NCBI GenBank assembly: GCA_026692705.1
Contig: JAPLOE010000073.1
Span: 4,015-68,014 of the forward strand
DNA: 64,000 bases
Direction: 5' to 3'
Origin: Planctomycetota bacterium
Lineage (GTDB): Bacteria; Planctomycetota; UBA1135; GCA-002686595
Shown here: in pieces, positions 1 through 10,389 of the stretch
Numbering within the stretch: the first letter of the stretch is position 1
Layout: every line of letters begins with the position of its first letter
Made by a program: the position numbers and the translations under genes
Notes under the pieces: generated by a model
The model's input: only the letters and a program-made list of their open reading frames with translations
Databases searched by the model: none
What the model was told of the DNA's origin: nothing

Positions 1-921
1 AAGGCGAGCCCGACGCTGATGGAGCTCGCGCGCGAGTGCGAGCCGACCGAGATGGCGCGCGGAGGCTGGGAAGCGCTGATCAAGGCCGGGGCCTTCGACT
101 TCACCGGGCACAACCGCGGGGCGGTGCTCGCGGCGCTCGAAGTCGCGTTGACCGAGTCGCAGCGTGCGGCCGCGGACCGCCGCTCGGGGCAGGGCTCGCT
201 GTTCGGCGGGCCCGCGCCGGCCGCACGCGCCGCGGTCGCGACCGGCGACGGCATCGACGACTCGAAGGCCTGGTCGAAGTCCGACACGCTCAAGGCCGAA
301 CGCGAGGCGCTGGGTTTCTACCTCTCGGGGCACCCGCTCGAGGAGCGCGCGGGGCTGTTCGCGATGCTCTCCTCCTGCACGACGCAGGAGCTCGCCGAGC
401 GCTCGCCCGAATCGGAAGTGCAGATCGCGGGCCTCGTGGTGTCGCTCTCGACCAACGTCGTGAAGAACGGGCGCTTCGCGGGCCAGAAAATGGCGCGCAT
501 GCGCCTCGAGGACCTCGAAGGCGGCGTCAACGTGACCGTGTTCCCCAAGGCCTTCGAGCAGTTCAAGGACAAGCTGGTCGCCGACTCGGTCATGATCGTG
601 CGCGGCAAGGTCGAGGAGCGCGCGGAGGAGCCGGGGATCCTGCTCGGCGACCTGCTGACGATCGAGGAGGCGCTGGCGCGCTTCGAGGGCGGCGTGATCG
701 TGCACCTCGAGCCCGAGGACTCCGGGCTGCTCAAGAACCTGCGCGACACGCTCAAGCGCTTCCCGGGCCGGCGGCCGCTGTACCTGTCGGTGCGCGGCGG
801 CGACGGCGCGCTGCGGCGCGTGCGCGCGGGCTCGGACTTCCGCGTGCAGGTCTCGGCCGAGCTCGCCGAAAACGTCGACCGCCTGCTCGGCAAGGGCCGC
901 ATGCGGCTCGCGCGGCTGTAG
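1..921 (+). CDS. dnaE: DNA polymerase III alpha subunit, C-terminal fragment (5-prime end outside window)
   Basis: The frame is open from nt 1 to TAG 919-921. The translation (...GHNRGAVLAALE...LKAEREALGFYLSGHPLEE...VVSLSTNVVKNGRFAGQKMARMRLEDLEG...) matches the OB-fold and C-terminal region of DnaE. GC3 is high. Confidence 0.85.
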   Translation, partial: KASPTLMELARECEPTEMARGGWEALIKAGAFDFTGHNRGAVLAALEVALTESQRAAADRRSGQGSLFGGPAPAARAAVATGDGIDDSKAWSKSDTLKAEREALGFYLSGHPLEERAGLFAMLSSCTTQELAERSPESEVQIAGLVVSLSTNVVKNGRFAGQKMARMRLEDLEGGVNVTVFPKAFEQFKDKLVADSVMIVRGKVEERAEEPGILLGDLLTIEEALARFEGGVIVHLEPEDSGLLKNLRDTLKRFPGRRPLYLSVRGGDGALRRVRAGSDFRVQVSAELAENVDRLLGKGRMRLARL

Positions 922-999
922 CAGCGCTCGGTCCGGGCGTCGCGCGTCGCTCCACGGTGCCGGGCAGCCGCGCAGCGCAAGGAACGACGAACACACAAC

Positions 1000-1040
1000 A
1001 CCGGGAGGGCGACCGATCTCGGTCACCCTCCCGGTGGTTT
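1000..1040. terminator. Long hairpin between convergent dnaE and rplQ, a possible bidirectional terminator
   Basis: ACCGGGAGGG-c-GACCGA-tc-TCGGTC-a-CCCTCCCGGT (1000-1035) is followed by GGTTTCGTCT on the plus strand. TGTTGTGTGTTCG follows it on the minus strand. It lies between the two stop codons (921 and 1076). Confidence 0.5.
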
Positions 1041-1075
1041 CGTCTCGGGCCCGTGGGGCGCGAGCGCGGCTCGAA

Positions 1076-1534
1076 TCAGGCGCCGGCGGCGGTCTTCTTC
1101 GACTTGGCGGCCGGCTTCTTGGCCGGGGCCTTGGCGGCGGCCGTCTCGGTGGCCGGCGCGGCGGTTTCCTTCGGCGTCTTCTCGACGAACTCGATGATCG
1201 CCTGCTCGCCACCGTCACCCAGACGCCGCTTGGACATCTTCAGGATGCGGAGGTAGCCACCCGGGCGGGCCTGAAAGCGGGGTCCGAGCACGTCGAAGAG
1301 CTTCTTGGTGGCCGCCGTGTTGCCCAGGCGCGACTGCACCAGGCGACGACGGTGGACCGTCGGCTGCTTCGACAGCGTCACCAGCTTCTCGACGAAGGGC
1401 CGCAGGTTGCGGGCCTTGGGGAGGGTGGTCTTGACGCGCTCGTGCTCGATCAGGCTCGCCGCGAGATTCTTGATCATCGCGTTGCGGTGGGCCGTCGTGC
1501 GGGAGAGGTGGTTGCCTGCTCGTCCGTGACGCAT
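1076..1534 (-). CDS. rplQ: 50S ribosomal protein L17
   Basis: 152 aa. MRHGRAGNHLSRTTAHRNAMIKNLAASLIEHERVKTTLPKA... is the L17 signature. It follows rpoA as in the alpha operon. Confidence 0.95.
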   Translation of the reverse strand: MRHGRAGNHLSRTTAHRNAMIKNLAASLIEHERVKTTLPKARNLRPFVEKLVTLSKQPTVHRRRLVQSRLGNTAATKKLFDVLGPRFQARPGGYLRILKMSKRRLGDGGEQAIIEFVEKTPKETAAPATETAAAKAPAKKPAAKSKKTAAGA

Positions 1535-1587
1535 GGCTCTTGTCTTCTCGTGTCAGGGGTCCGAACGGACCAAAGGGGTTGCGGACC

Positions 1588-2583
1588 TTAGTTGGTGACC
1601 TTCATGCCGAGCGAGAGACCCCGCTCGGCGAGCTTGCTCTTGATCTCGGTGAGCGACGTCTTGCCGAGGTTCTTCAGGTTCATCACGTCGTTCTCGCTCA
1701 TCGAGACGAGCTGGGAGATCGTGGTGATGTTGGCGCCGTCGAGGCAGTTGCGGGCGCGCACCGAGAGTTCCAGCTCGCTCACCGGCGCCGAGATGGCGGC
1801 GGTGGCCTTGGTGGTCTCGCGGTTGCGCTCGGCGTAGGGCGAGGTGCTCGGCTCTTCCGCCAGCGGCATCTCGTCTCGGCTCGACTCGAACAGCACGAAC
1901 GGGTTCAGGTGCTTGCGGTAGATCTTCGCGGCCTCGACCAGCGCGAGGTCCGGGGCGACCGTGCCGTCGGTCCACACTTCGATCACCAGGCGATCGTAGT
2001 TGGTGAACTTGCCGACGCGGGTGGCCTCGACCGAGTAACGCACGCGGTGCACGGGCGAGTAGATCGAGTCCACCGGGATCGTCCCCAGCTGGTTCTTGTC
2101 GATCATGTTCTCCTCGGCGGCGACGTAGCCGCGGCCCTTGCGCACGTCGAGTTCCATCTTGAACTCGCGGTCGCCGGTGAGCGTGAGGAGGTGCAGGTCG
2201 GTCGAAATCACCTTGGCGTCGCCCGGGCACTGGACGTCGGCGCCCGTCACCGGGCCCTTGCCCTTCTTGACGATGCGGCAGGTGATCGGCTCGCTCCCCT
2301 CGTGGCGGATGCGGAGCTTCTTGACGTTCAGGATGATGTCCGTCACGTCCTCGAGCACGCCCTGCAGCGAGTCGAACTCGTGCGCAGCGCCCTCAACGCG
2401 CACCGCGGTGACCGCGGTGCCTTCGATCGACGACAGCAGCACACGGCGCAGGCCGTTGCCGATGGTGTGACCGAAACCCTGCTCGAACGGCTCGACGACG
2501 AACCGGCCGTACTCCTTGGTCAGGGTCGCACGGTCGGGCACGACCTTGCTGGGCAGTTCGAAGTTGCGCCAACGGATTCTCAT
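1588..2583 (-). CDS. rpoA: DNA-directed RNA polymerase alpha subunit
   Basis: ATG at 2583 gives [11 protein letters not shown]...[18 protein letters not shown]..., with a C-terminal [12 protein letters not shown]...[11 protein letters not shown] region; 331 aa. Track ORF 1588..3195 is over-extended upstream. Confidence 0.95.
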   Translation of the reverse strand: MRIRWRNFELPSKVVPDRATLTKEYGRFVVEPFEQGFGHTIGNGLRRVLLSSIEGTAVTAVRVEGAAHEFDSLQGVLEDVTDIILNVKKLRIRHEGSEPITCRIVKKGKGPVTGADVQCPGDAKVISTDLHLLTLTGDREFKMELDVRKGRGYVAAEENMIDKNQLGTIPVDSIYSPVHRVRYSVEATRVGKFTNYDRLVIEVWTDGTVAPDLALVEAAKIYRKHLNPFVLFESSRDEMPLAEEPSTSPYAERNRETTKATAAISAPVSELELSVRARNCLDGANITTISQLVSMSENDVMNLKNLGKTSLTEIKSKLAERGLSLGMKVTN

Positions 2584-2657
2584 GTCTCGGGGTCCTCTTA
2601 GGGGGCCTCTTGGGCCTCTGGCTTGCGGAAAAGCCTGGCTGACGGGCGGTGCGGCGA

Positions 2658-3284
2658 CTACTTCGAGCAGAGCTCGATGATGAGCTGCTCCTGGATCGGG
2701 TGCGGGACATCTTCGCGCTTGGGCATCGCGGCGATGCGCACCGTCAGGTTGTCGCGGTTGACCTCGACCCACGCGGGGACGGGCTGCGACTTGTTGATCT
2801 CGACTGCCTCGGCGACCTGCTTGCGCACGCCCTCCTTCTGGCGGACGGAGATGACGTCGCCCGGACGGACGGAGAACGAGGCCACGTCGACGAAGCGGCC
2901 GTTCACGGCGAAGTGGCCGTGGTTGACGAGCTGGCGCGCGTGGTTGCGCGACAGCGCGAAGCCGGCGGCGAGCGCGACGTTGTCGAGGCGACGCTCGAGC
3001 AGAACCATCAGGTTCTCGCCCGTGTTGCCCTTCATGCGCTCGGCTTCCTGGAAGTACAGCTTGAACTGACGTTCCCAGACGCCGTAGATGCGCTTGAGCT
3101 TCTGCTTCTCGCGCACGCGGACACCGTAGTCGGTGACCTTCGCGCGCTTCTGGGCATGGACGCCGGGCGGATAATCGCGGCGGGAGACGGCGCACTTGTC
3201 GGTGAAGCAGCGCTGGCCCTTGAGGAACAGCTTCATGCCTTCACGACGGCACAGCTTGCACTTGTTTTCGACGTAACGACCCAT
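2658..3284 (-). CDS. rpsD: 30S ribosomal protein S4
   Basis: ATG at 3284 gives [26 protein letters not shown]...; 208 aa. The track ORF is over-extended. Confidence 0.95.
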   Translation of the reverse strand: MGRYVENKCKLCRREGMKLFLKGQRCFTDKCAVSRRDYPPGVHAQKRAKVTDYGVRVREKQKLKRIYGVWERQFKLYFQEAERMKGNTGENLMVLLERRLDNVALAAGFALSRNHARQLVNHGHFAVNGRFVDVASFSVRPGDVISVRQKEGVRKQVAEAVEINKSQPVPAWVEVNRDNLTVRIAAMPKREDVPHPIQEQLIIELCSK

Positions 3285-3321
3285 GGGGTGCCTTGGTGGT
3301 GTGCTTTCTTGGAGCCTGTGC

Positions 3322-3708
3322 CTAGACGCGACGACGCTTGCGGGCGCGGCAGCCGTTGTGCGGGAGCGGCGTGCAGTCCTCGATGGCGAGGATGTTGAGA
3401 CCGGAATTCGAGAGCGCGCGGATGGCCGACTCGCGGCCCGAGCCCGCGCCACGGACCTTCACCAGCACCTCGCGCACGCCCTGGCGCACGGCGCCCTGGG
3501 CGGCGTGCTCCGCGGCGCGAGTCGCCGCGAACGGCGTGCTCTTGCGCGTGCCCTTGAAGCCGACGATGCCCGCCGAGCCCCAGGCGATGGTGTCGCCCTT
3601 CGCGTCGGTCACCGTGACGTGGGTGTTGTTGAAGGACGCCTTCACGTGCACGACGGCACGCGCGACGTTGCGCTTGATCTTCTTCTTGACTGCTGCTGCC
3701 TTGCTCAT
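3322..3708 (-). CDS. rpsK: 30S ribosomal protein S11
   Basis: 128 aa with ...[28 protein letters not shown]...[10 protein letters not shown]... Confidence 0.95.
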   Translation of the reverse strand: MSKAAAVKKKIKRNVARAVVHVKASFNNTHVTVTDAKGDTIAWGSAGIVGFKGTRKSTPFAATRAAEHAAQGAVRQGVREVLVKVRGAGSGRESAIRALSNSGLNILAIEDCTPLPHNGCRARKRRRV

Positions 3709-3714
3709 GGCGAG

Positions 3715-4098
3715 TTACTTCATCCCCTTCACGGACTTCTTCCCGGCGACCGTCTTGCGCGGACCCTTGCGGGTGCGGGCGTTCGTGCGAGTGCGCTGGC
3801 CGCGCACCGGCAGACCGCGGCGATGACGCATGCCACGGTAGCAGCCGATCTCGCGCAGGCGGTTGATGTTGGCGGCAACCTGACGTCGGAGCTGGCCCTC
3901 GACGGGGTATGCCTTCTGGATGTAAGTCGCCAGCATGGCGATCTGGTCCTCGTTCAGGTCGCGGGACCGCATGGCGCGGTCCAGACCGGTAGAGTCACAG
4001 ATCTTCCGCGCGGTGTCGCGGCCGATGCCGTAGATGTAGGTAAGCGCGATTTCCAGGCGCTTCTGGGGGGGGATGTCGACGCCAATGAGACGGGGCAT
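3715..4098 (-). CDS. rpsM: 30S ribosomal protein S13
   Basis: ATG at 4098 gives [26 protein letters not shown]...; 127 aa. The track ORF is over-extended by 23 codons. Confidence 0.95.
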   Translation of the reverse strand: MPRLIGVDIPPQKRLEIALTYIYGIGRDTARKICDSTGLDRAMRSRDLNEDQIAMLATYIQKAYPVEGQLRRQVAANINRLREIGCYRGMRHRRGLPVRGQRTRTNARTRKGPRKTVAGKKSVKGMK

Positions 4099-4108
4099 GC
4101 TGCTGCTC

Positions 4109-4225
4109 CTACTTGCCCTGACGCTGCTTGTGCGTCGGCTCCTTGCAGATGACAAACACGACGCCACGGCGTCGCACGACCTTGCAGTTGGCGCACATGC
4201 GCCGAACGCTGGAACGCACTTTCAT
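4109..4225 (-). CDS. rpmJ: 50S ribosomal protein L36
   Basis: The 38-aa product [38 protein letters not shown] forms the end of track ORF 4109..4654. ATG is at 4225. Confidence 0.93.
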   Translation of the reverse strand: MKVRSSVRRMCANCKVVRRRGVVFVICKEPTHKQRQGK

Positions 4226-4227
4226 TC

Positions 4228-4464
4228 CTAGTTGCTCCGTTGCTTGCGATCGCCGCGATAGATGATGCGGCCTTTGGTCAGGTCGTACGGGGACATCTCG
4301 ACCGTGATCTTGTCCCCCGGCAGGATGCGAATGTAGTGCATGCGCATCTTCCCGCTCACGTGAGCGAGGATCTCGTGGCCGGAGGCTAGCTTGGCTCGAA
4401 ACCGCGCATTGGGCAGGGCTTCGGTGACGATCGCCTCGACGGTGATCGGTTCTTCCTTGGCCAT
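4228..4464 (-). CDS. infA: Translation initiation factor IF-1
   Basis: 78 aa with [67 protein letters not shown]. Its ATG shares one nt with the adk stop (TGATG). Confidence 0.95.
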   Translation of the reverse strand: MAKEEPITVEAIVTEALPNARFRAKLASGHEILAHVSGKMRMHYIRILPGDKITVEMSPYDLTKGRIIYRGDRKQRSN

Positions 4465-5117
4465 CAGACCCCCTCCCCTCGCGCGGAGGCGAGCATGCGA
4501 CCGAACACTTCGTCCGGCGTACGCTGGCCATCGATTTCGGCGAGCATGCCGCGCGCGCGGTAATGCTGCTCGACGGGCTTGGTCTGCTCGCGGTACACCG
4601 CGAGCCGTTTTTCGACGACCGCGCGGGTGTCGTCGGTGCGCTGGTAGAGCTCACCTCCGCACTTGTCGCAGCGGCCGGCAGCCTTGGGGGCGGAGAACTT
4701 CTCGTGGTGCACGTTGCCGCAGGCCTTGCAGGTCCAGCGGCCCGTCAGGCGCTCGATCAGCGCCGCGTCGGGGACCGAGAGGTTCAGCGCGCGCACCGTC
4801 TTGCCCTCGAGGCGCTTGTCGAGCGCCTGGGCCTGCGCGACCGTGCGCGGGAAGCCGTCGAGCAGGAAGCCGGCCTTGCAGTCGGGCTGCGCCACGCGGG
4901 CGAACAGCATGTCGATCACGAGCTCGTCGGGGACTAGGCGGCCGGACTCCATGTACTCCTTGGCCTTGAGGCCGAGGGCCGTCCCCTTCCCGAGGTTCTC
5001 GCGGAAGAGGTCGCCCGTGGAGACGTGCGGAGACGACAGCGCCGTCGCCAGGCGGATCGCCTGGGTCCCCTTGCCAGCACCCGGAGGGCCCAGCAGGATG
5101 AGCACGGTCGAGGTCAT
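4464..5117 (-). CDS. adk: Adenylate kinase (zinc-lid type)
   Basis: ATG at 5117 gives [20 protein letters not shown]... with a P-loop, plus a CKACG...CDKCG lid; 217 aa. It has a 4-nt ATGA overlap with the secY stop. Confidence 0.93.
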   Translation of the reverse strand: MTSTVLILLGPPGAGKGTQAIRLATALSSPHVSTGDLFRENLGKGTALGLKAKEYMESGRLVPDELVIDMLFARVAQPDCKAGFLLDGFPRTVAQAQALDKRLEGKTVRALNLSVPDAALIERLTGRWTCKACGNVHHEKFSAPKAAGRCDKCGGELYQRTDDTRAVVEKRLAVYREQTKPVEQHYRARGMLAEIDGQRTPDEVFGRMLASARGEGV

Positions 5118-6436
5118 TTCTTGGTCGTCCAGCCTGCGCCGCCGCCGTTGCCGCCGGGGCCCATGAAGCCTTCGTAGTTGCGCATCACGAGCTGGGCGTT
5201 GAGCTTGTCGACGACATCCATCGCGACGCCCACGACGATCAGCACGGACGTGCCACCGAGGAAGTAGGCCATCGCCGGCGAGAGCGGCGTGCTGGCCGTG
5301 ACGAAGCCCGGCAGGACCGAGAGCACCGCGAGGAACGCGGCGCCGACGACCGTGATGCGGGTCAGCGTGTGGTCGAGGAACTCGGCCGTCTTCTGGCCCG
5401 GACGGATGCCGGGGATGAACGAGCCGCGCTCGCGCAGGTCGTTGGCGATCTGGTCGGGCTGGAACATCAGGCGGTTCCAGAAGAAGCAGAACGCGAAGAT
5501 CAGCGTCACGTGCACGAGGATGTGCACGAAGCCCTGGCGGTCGTTGAACACGCTCTCCAGCCAGCGCAGCTTGAAGGCCGCGAACAGGACGCTGGGGAGC
5601 ACGAACACGATCGAGGCGAACACGATCGGCATGACGCCGGCCATGTTGATCTTGAGCGGCAGGTAGTGGCGCTGGCCACCGTAGACGCGGCGACCACGCG
5701 TGAGGCGCGCGTACTGGATCGGGATGCGGCGCGTGCCCTTGGTGATGTAGACGATCACCACGACGATCGCGAGCCACAGGCCGACCAGGTACACGACCGT
5801 ATCGTAGAAGTCCGGACCGCCGACCATCTGCGCCAGCGCGGGCGGGATGTCGGTGCAGATGCCGGCCATGATGATCAGCGAGGCGCCGTTGCCGATCCCG
5901 TACTCGGTGATCAGCTCGCCCACCCACATGCAGAACATCGCGCCCGCGGCGAGCGAGAGCGTGACCACCGCGAGCAGCCCGAGGCCAGGGCCGATCGACG
6001 AGGCGATCATCTCGGTGTTCTGCATGAACACGCCGGTGTAGACGAACGCGGCCTGAATCAGCGCGATCGGGACCGCGATCAGGCGCGTCCACTGGTTGAT
6101 GCGCTTTTGGCCCGAGGCGCCTTCCTTTGCGATCGCCTCGATCTTCGGGCTGACCTTGGTCAGCATCGAGAAGATGATCGAGGCCGAGATGTACGGCATG
6201 ATGCCGAGGGAGAAGATCGACGTCCGGCCGATGTCACCGCCCGAGAAGGCGTTCATCAGACCGAACCAGCTCTGGGACAGACCCTGGGCGGCCTCCTTGA
6301 GGAACGCCGGGTTCATCCCCGGGATCGGCACTTGGAAGCCGAGCCGGTACGCCAGAAGGAGCCCGAGCGTGACGAGGATTCGCTGCCTCGTCTCGGGAAC
6401 CTTCAGGAGCTGGAGAGCGCCGCCCTGGTTGTCCAC
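5114..6436 (-). CDS. secY: Preprotein translocase subunit SecY
   Basis: 440-aa polytopic membrane protein (...LGIMPYISASIIFSMLT...). GTG start at 6436 overlaps the rplO TAG by 1 nt. It sits at the canonical spc-operon position. Confidence 0.95.
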   Translation of the reverse strand: MDNQGGALQLLKVPETRQRILVTLGLLLAYRLGFQVPIPGMNPAFLKEAAQGLSQSWFGLMNAFSGGDIGRTSIFSLGIMPYISASIIFSMLTKVSPKIEAIAKEGASGQKRINQWTRLIAVPIALIQAAFVYTGVFMQNTEMIASSIGPGLGLLAVVTLSLAAGAMFCMWVGELITEYGIGNGASLIIMAGICTDIPPALAQMVGGPDFYDTVVYLVGLWLAIVVVIVYITKGTRRIPIQYARLTRGRRVYGGQRHYLPLKINMAGVMPIVFASIVFVLPSVLFAAFKLRWLESVFNDRQGFVHILVHVTLIFAFCFFWNRLMFQPDQIANDLRERGSFIPGIRPGQKTAEFLDHTLTRITVVGAAFLAVLSVLPGFVTASTPLSPAMAYFLGGTSVLIVVGVAMDVVDKLNAQLVMRNYEGFMGPGGNGGGAGWTTKK

Positions 6437-6936
6437 TACGTGCTCGCCCCCGACGAGTCAGCTTCAGCCGAGCAAGCTTCCGCACCGTGCGCGTTGAGCT
6501 CGACCGCGGTGCCGCCAGCGGCCTCGATCTTCGCCTTGGCGCTCGAGCTGAACTTCTGGGCGCGAACGGTGAGCTTCTTCGTGAGCTCGCCGTCGCCGAG
6601 GATCTTGAGCAGCGGGTCGGTCTTCGAGACCAGACCGGCGTCGAGGATGGCCTTGAGGTCGACCGTCGCGCCGTTGTCGAAGGCGTTGAGCAGCTCGACG
6701 TTGACGACGGTGTACTCGACGCGGAAGCGCGCGTTCGTGAAGCCGCGCTTGGGCACGCGCCGGTAGATCGGCATCTGGCCACCCTCATAACCCGGGCGGC
6801 GGCTGGTGCCCGAGCGGGCGCCCCAACCCTTGTGACCGCGACCGGAGGTCTTGCCGAGGCCGCTGCCGATGCCGCGGCCGACGCGCTTGCGCTCCGCGTG
6901 CTTGATGCCCTTGTCTTGGACCGTCTTGAGGTTCAT
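6436..6936 (-). CDS. rplO: 50S ribosomal protein L15
   Basis: 166 aa with ...[22 protein letters not shown]... Confidence 0.93.
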   Translation of the reverse strand: MNLKTVQDKGIKHAERKRVGRGIGSGLGKTSGRGHKGWGARSGTSRRPGYEGGQMPIYRRVPKRGFTNARFRVEYTVVNVELLNAFDNGATVDLKAILDAGLVSKTDPLLKILGDGELTKKLTVRAQKFSSSAKAKIEAAGGTAVELNAHGAEACSAEADSSGAST

Positions 6937-7025
6937 GGCGAGTGCCGTTTCTGACCTGAGTGTGCCTTGGATGCCTGAGTGCTGGTGGTCTGGAGCGCGC
7001 GGACGCGATCAGACTTCGCGCTGGA

Positions 7026-7535
7026 TCAAACTTCGACGCCGCGCAGTTCGCGCACCATGTCACGGGTACGGAGGCGGGAGAGCGCCGCGAGCGCGGCCTT
7101 GACGGAGTTGACCGGGTTGGTCGAGCCGTAGGACTTGGTCAGCACGTTCTTGATGCCGGCCATCTCGCACACCGCGCGCACCGAGGCGCCGGCGATGATG
7201 CCCGTACCCGGAGCGGCCGGGATCAGGCGCACGCGCGAGGCACCGAAGTTGGCTTCGACCTCGTGCGGGATCGTGCCGCCTTCCGAGACCGGAATGCGGA
7301 TCAGGTGCTTGCGGGCGTCGCGCGCCGACTTCTCGATCGCGCCGGGGACCTGCGGTCCCTTGCCGTAGCCGAGGCCGACGACCCCGTCACGGTTGCCGCA
7401 CACCTGCAGCGCCGCGAAGGAGAAACGACGACCGCCCTTGACCACGACGGCGCAACGGTTCACGCGCACGAGCACTTCCGACAGGGTCGTCAGTTGCTCG
7501 ACTTCGCGGATGTCCAGATAACGGGTGCCTTCCAT
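7026..7535 (-). CDS. rpsE: 30S ribosomal protein S5
   Basis: 169 aa with ...VNRCAVVVKGGRRFSFAALQVCGNRDGVVGLGYGKG... Confidence 0.95.
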   Translation of the reverse strand: MEGTRYLDIREVEQLTTLSEVLVRVNRCAVVVKGGRRFSFAALQVCGNRDGVVGLGYGKGPQVPGAIEKSARDARKHLIRIPVSEGGTIPHEVEANFGASRVRLIPAAPGTGIIAGASVRAVCEMAGIKNVLTKSYGSTNPVNSVKAALAALSRLRTRDMVRELRGVEV

Positions 7536-7577
7536 GTGCTTCCTTTGGATCCTTGGGGGCTTGGCTAGAGACCCGAA

Positions 7578-7946
7578 TCAGAACTTGAGCCCGGCTTCGC
7601 GGGCGGCTTCGGCAAGTGCCTTGACACGACCGTGGAAGCGCGTGGCGCCACGGTCGAACACGACCGCGGTGACGCCGGCGGCGAGCGCCAGCTTGGCGAT
7701 CTCCGCTCCGACGAACTTCGCGCGCTCGGTCTTGGTCTTGCCCTTGAGCGACTCCACGGCGGCCTTCGAAGTCGTCGTCGAGGCGCACAGCGTGCACCCC
7801 TTGGCGTCGTCGATCACCTGCGCGGAGATGTGCTTGAGGGAACGCGACACCGAAAGCCTGGGGAGGCTGGTCGTGCGGCGGATATTGGCGCGGACGCGCC
7901 ACTTGCGGCGCTGACGGCGCCCCTGCTTGACGTAAGTGGCCTTCAT
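7578..7946 (-). CDS. rplR: 50S ribosomal protein L18
   Basis: 122 aa with ...[19 protein letters not shown]...[28 protein letters not shown]. Confidence 0.95.
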   Translation of the reverse strand: MKATYVKQGRRQRRKWRVRANIRRTTSLPRLSVSRSLKHISAQVIDDAKGCTLCASTTTSKAAVESLKGKTKTERAKFVGAEIAKLALAAGVTAVVFDRGATRFHGRVKALAEAAREAGLKF

Positions 7947-7948
7947 GA

Positions 7949-8491
7949 TCAGCTACCGAAGCTCTTGCCAGCCTTGATGCGGACGTATTCGCCCTTGTAA
8001 CGCACGCCCTTGCCCTTGTAGGGCTCAGGCTTGCGGGACGCGCGGATGCGCGCCGCCGTGAGGCCGACCTTCTGCTTGTCGTGGCCAGTGACCACGATCA
8101 GCGTGTTCGTCGGGCAGTTTGCATTGACGCCTTCGGGCAGGTCGATCTCGACCGGCTTGCAGAAACCGACGGAGAGCACGACCTTGCGGGCCTGCACCAC
8201 CGCGTTCCAGCCGACGCCGATCACCTCGAGCTCCTTCTGGTAGCCCTTGGTGACGCCCTCGACCATGCTCGCGACCAGCGCGCGCAGGGTGCCGTGCATG
8301 GCACGCGCCTCGCGACCGTCGTTGGCACGCTCGATCACGACCGCGTTGCCCGTGACGGCGACGGAGACGTCGCTGCGCACGGGGAACTCGCTCTGGCCCT
8401 TGGGACCCTTCACCCGGACGTTGCCGTCCTTGGTGACTTCGACCTGGACGCCGGCGGGGATGACCACCGGCTGCTTTCCTACGCGCGACAT
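7949..8491 (-). CDS. rplF: 50S ribosomal protein L6
   Basis: ATG at 8491 gives [19 protein letters not shown]...; 180 aa. The track ORF is over-extended by 50 codons. Confidence 0.95.
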   Translation of the reverse strand: MSRVGKQPVVIPAGVQVEVTKDGNVRVKGPKGQSEFPVRSDVSVAVTGNAVVIERANDGREARAMHGTLRALVASMVEGVTKGYQKELEVIGVGWNAVVQARKVVLSVGFCKPVEIDLPEGVNANCPTNTLIVVTGHDKQKVGLTAARIRASRKPEPYKGKGVRYKGEYVRIKAGKSFGS

Positions 8492-8493
8492 GG

Positions 8494-8889
8494 CTAGTAC
8501 ACCTTGCAGAGGATCTCCCCGCCGGCGTTGATCTTGCGCGCCGTGCGGTCGGAGACGATGCCCTGGTTGGTCGAAAGGATGTAGACGCCCAGACCGCGCA
8601 AGACCACGGGGATCTGCTTGGCTGTGCTGTACACGCGGCACCCGGGCTTGGAGATTCGCTCGATCTTGCGAATCACCTTCTCGCCGTCGGGGCCGTACTT
8701 GAGCTTGATGGTCAGCGTGCTCGCAGGTGCGGCTTCCGCCACCTCGTAGGAGTCGACGAAGCCCTCCTCCTTGAGGATCTGGGCCACCCCCACCTTGATG
8801 CGCGAGGCCGGCATGGACACCGTCTTTGCGCCGACGGAGTTGCCGTTGCGCACGCGGGTCAGAAGATCAGCGATCGGATCGGTCATCAT
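8494..8889 (-). CDS. rpsH: 30S ribosomal protein S8
   Basis: 131 aa with MMTDPIADLLTRVRNGNSVGAKTVSMPASRIK... Confidence 0.95.
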   Translation of the reverse strand: MMTDPIADLLTRVRNGNSVGAKTVSMPASRIKVGVAQILKEEGFVDSYEVAEAAPASTLTIKLKYGPDGEKVIRKIERISKPGCRVYSTAKQIPVVLRGLGVYILSTNQGIVSDRTARKINAGGEILCKVY

Positions 8890-8902
8890 CTTGGGTGGTC
8901 TC

Positions 8903-9088
8903 CTACCACGACGCCTTGCGCATGCCCGGGATCTCTCCCTTGAGCGCCTTCTCGCGCAGGCAGATGCGGCAAATGCCGAACTTGCGGTACACGGCCCGCG
9001 GACGTCCGCAGATGCCGCAGCGGTTGTAACGGCGCGACGAGAACTTGGGCTCGCGCTTGGACTTGACGAGCAGACAGGTCTTGGCCAT
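8903..9088 (-). CDS. rpsN: 30S ribosomal protein S14, short zinc-binding type Z
   Basis: 61 aa with two CxxC pairs (CGICG...CRIC) and ...IPGMRKASW at the C-terminus. Confidence 0.93.
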   Translation of the reverse strand: MAKTCLLVKSKREPKFSSRRYNRCGICGRPRAVYRKFGICRICLREKALKGEIPGMRKASW

Positions 9089-9091
9089 CGC

Positions 9092-9664
9092 TCAGCTCAC
9101 CTTCTTCTTGGCCTTCTTCTCTTCCTTCTGGACGAACGGCATGCCGAGTTCCTTGAGGAGGTGGTAACCCCGCTCATCGGTGCCGGCCGTCGTCACGAAG
9201 GTGATGTCCATTCCCTGGGCGAACTCGATCTTGTCGAGCTCGATCTCCGGGAACACGGTCTGGTCGGCGAGGCCGAGCGTGTAGTTGCCACGCCCGTCGA
9301 GCCGGTCCTTCACGCCGCGGAAGTCGCGGATACGCGGAAGAACGATCGAGATCAGGCGGTCGGCGAACTCCCACATGCGGTCGCCGCGCAGCGTGACCGC
9401 GCAGCCGATCGGCATGTTCTCGCGCAGCTTGAAGGCGCTGATGGCCTCGCGGGACTTGCGGATCGTCGGCAGCTGGCCGGTGATCATCGCCATGTCCTTG
9501 GCGGCGGCTTCGGCGCGAGCCTTGTTCTCGACTGCCTTGCCGATGCCCATGTTGACCACGACCTTGACGAGCCGGGGCGTCGCCATGTCGTTGGTGATGC
9601 CAAAGCGCTCGCGCAGCTTGGCCTTGACCTCGCTGGCGTACTTTTCCTTGAGACGGGGTGCCAT
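9092..9664 (-). CDS. rplE: 50S ribosomal protein L5
   Basis: 190 aa with MAPRLKEKYASEVKAKLRERFGITNDMATPRLVKVVVNMGIG... Confidence 0.95.
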   Translation of the reverse strand: MAPRLKEKYASEVKAKLRERFGITNDMATPRLVKVVVNMGIGKAVENKARAEAAAKDMAMITGQLPTIRKSREAISAFKLRENMPIGCAVTLRGDRMWEFADRLISIVLPRIRDFRGVKDRLDGRGNYTLGLADQTVFPEIELDKIEFAQGMDITFVTTAGTDERGYHLLKELGMPFVQKEEKKAKKKVS

Positions 9665-9713
9665 CTGTGTTCCTCGGGTGGTGCGCGGAGCTTGATGCGG
9701 TCAGGGACCGAAC

Positions 9714-10013
9714 CTACTTGGCGCCCTTCTTCGTGGTGGCCTTCGGGGAGGCCTTGGACGCGGCCTTCTTCGCCGGCTTGGCGTCGCCTTCGACGCGAGC
9801 GACGTTGCTGGCGTGGATCGGCATTTCCTGCTGGACGCGCTCGCCCTTCTGGTTCTGCGCGGTCGGCTTCTTGTGCTTCCAGCGCAGGTTGATGCCTTCG
9901 ACGATCACGCGCGTCTCGCTCGGGAACGCTTCCTTGACGACGCCCTGCTTGCCCTTGTCGTTGCCCGACAGGACGAGGACGGTGTCGCCCTTCTTGACGT
10001 GCAGGTGAGCCAC
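9714..10013 (-). CDS. rplX: 50S ribosomal protein L24
   Basis: GTG at 10013 gives (M)[25 protein letters not shown]... with a KOW motif; 99 aa. It has a 1-nt TAGTG overlap with the rplN stop. Track ORF 9714..10322 is over-extended. Confidence 0.9.
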   Translation of the reverse strand: MAHLHVKKGDTVLVLSGNDKGKQGVVKEAFPSETRVIVEGINLRWKHKKPTAQNQKGERVQQEMPIHASNVARVEGDAKPAKKAASKASPKATTKKGAK

Positions 10014-10381
10014 TAGACCACCTCCTGCGCCAGCGAGACGATCTTCATGAAGTTGCGCTCGCGCAGCTCGCGGGCGACGGCACCGAAGATGCGCGTGCCC
10101 TTGGGGTTGTTCTCCGCGTCGATCAGCACGATCGCGTTGCGGTCGAAGCGCACGTAGGTGCCGTCGTCGCGACGCGTGGCCTTGCGGGTGCGGACGATGA
10201 CGCCCTTGGCGACCGAGCCTGCCTTGACGTCGGAGCTGGGGAGCGCCTTCTTGACGGCGACGACGACGATGTCGCCGAGGCCGGCGACGCGGCGGTGCGT
10301 TCCGCCGAGCACCTTGATGCACTGGACACGCTTGGCGCCGGTGTTGTCGGCGACGTCCAGGTAAGTCTGCATCTGGATCAT
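10013..10381 (-). CDS. rplN: 50S ribosomal protein L14
   Basis: 122 aa with [27 protein letters not shown]... Confidence 0.96.
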   Translation of the reverse strand: MIQMQTYLDVADNTGAKRVQCIKVLGGTHRRVAGLGDIVVVAVKKALPSSDVKAGSVAKGVIVRTRKATRRDDGTYVRFDRNAIVLIDAENNPKGTRIFGAVARELRERNFMKIVSLAQEVV

Positions 10382-10389
10382 GGGGTCAC

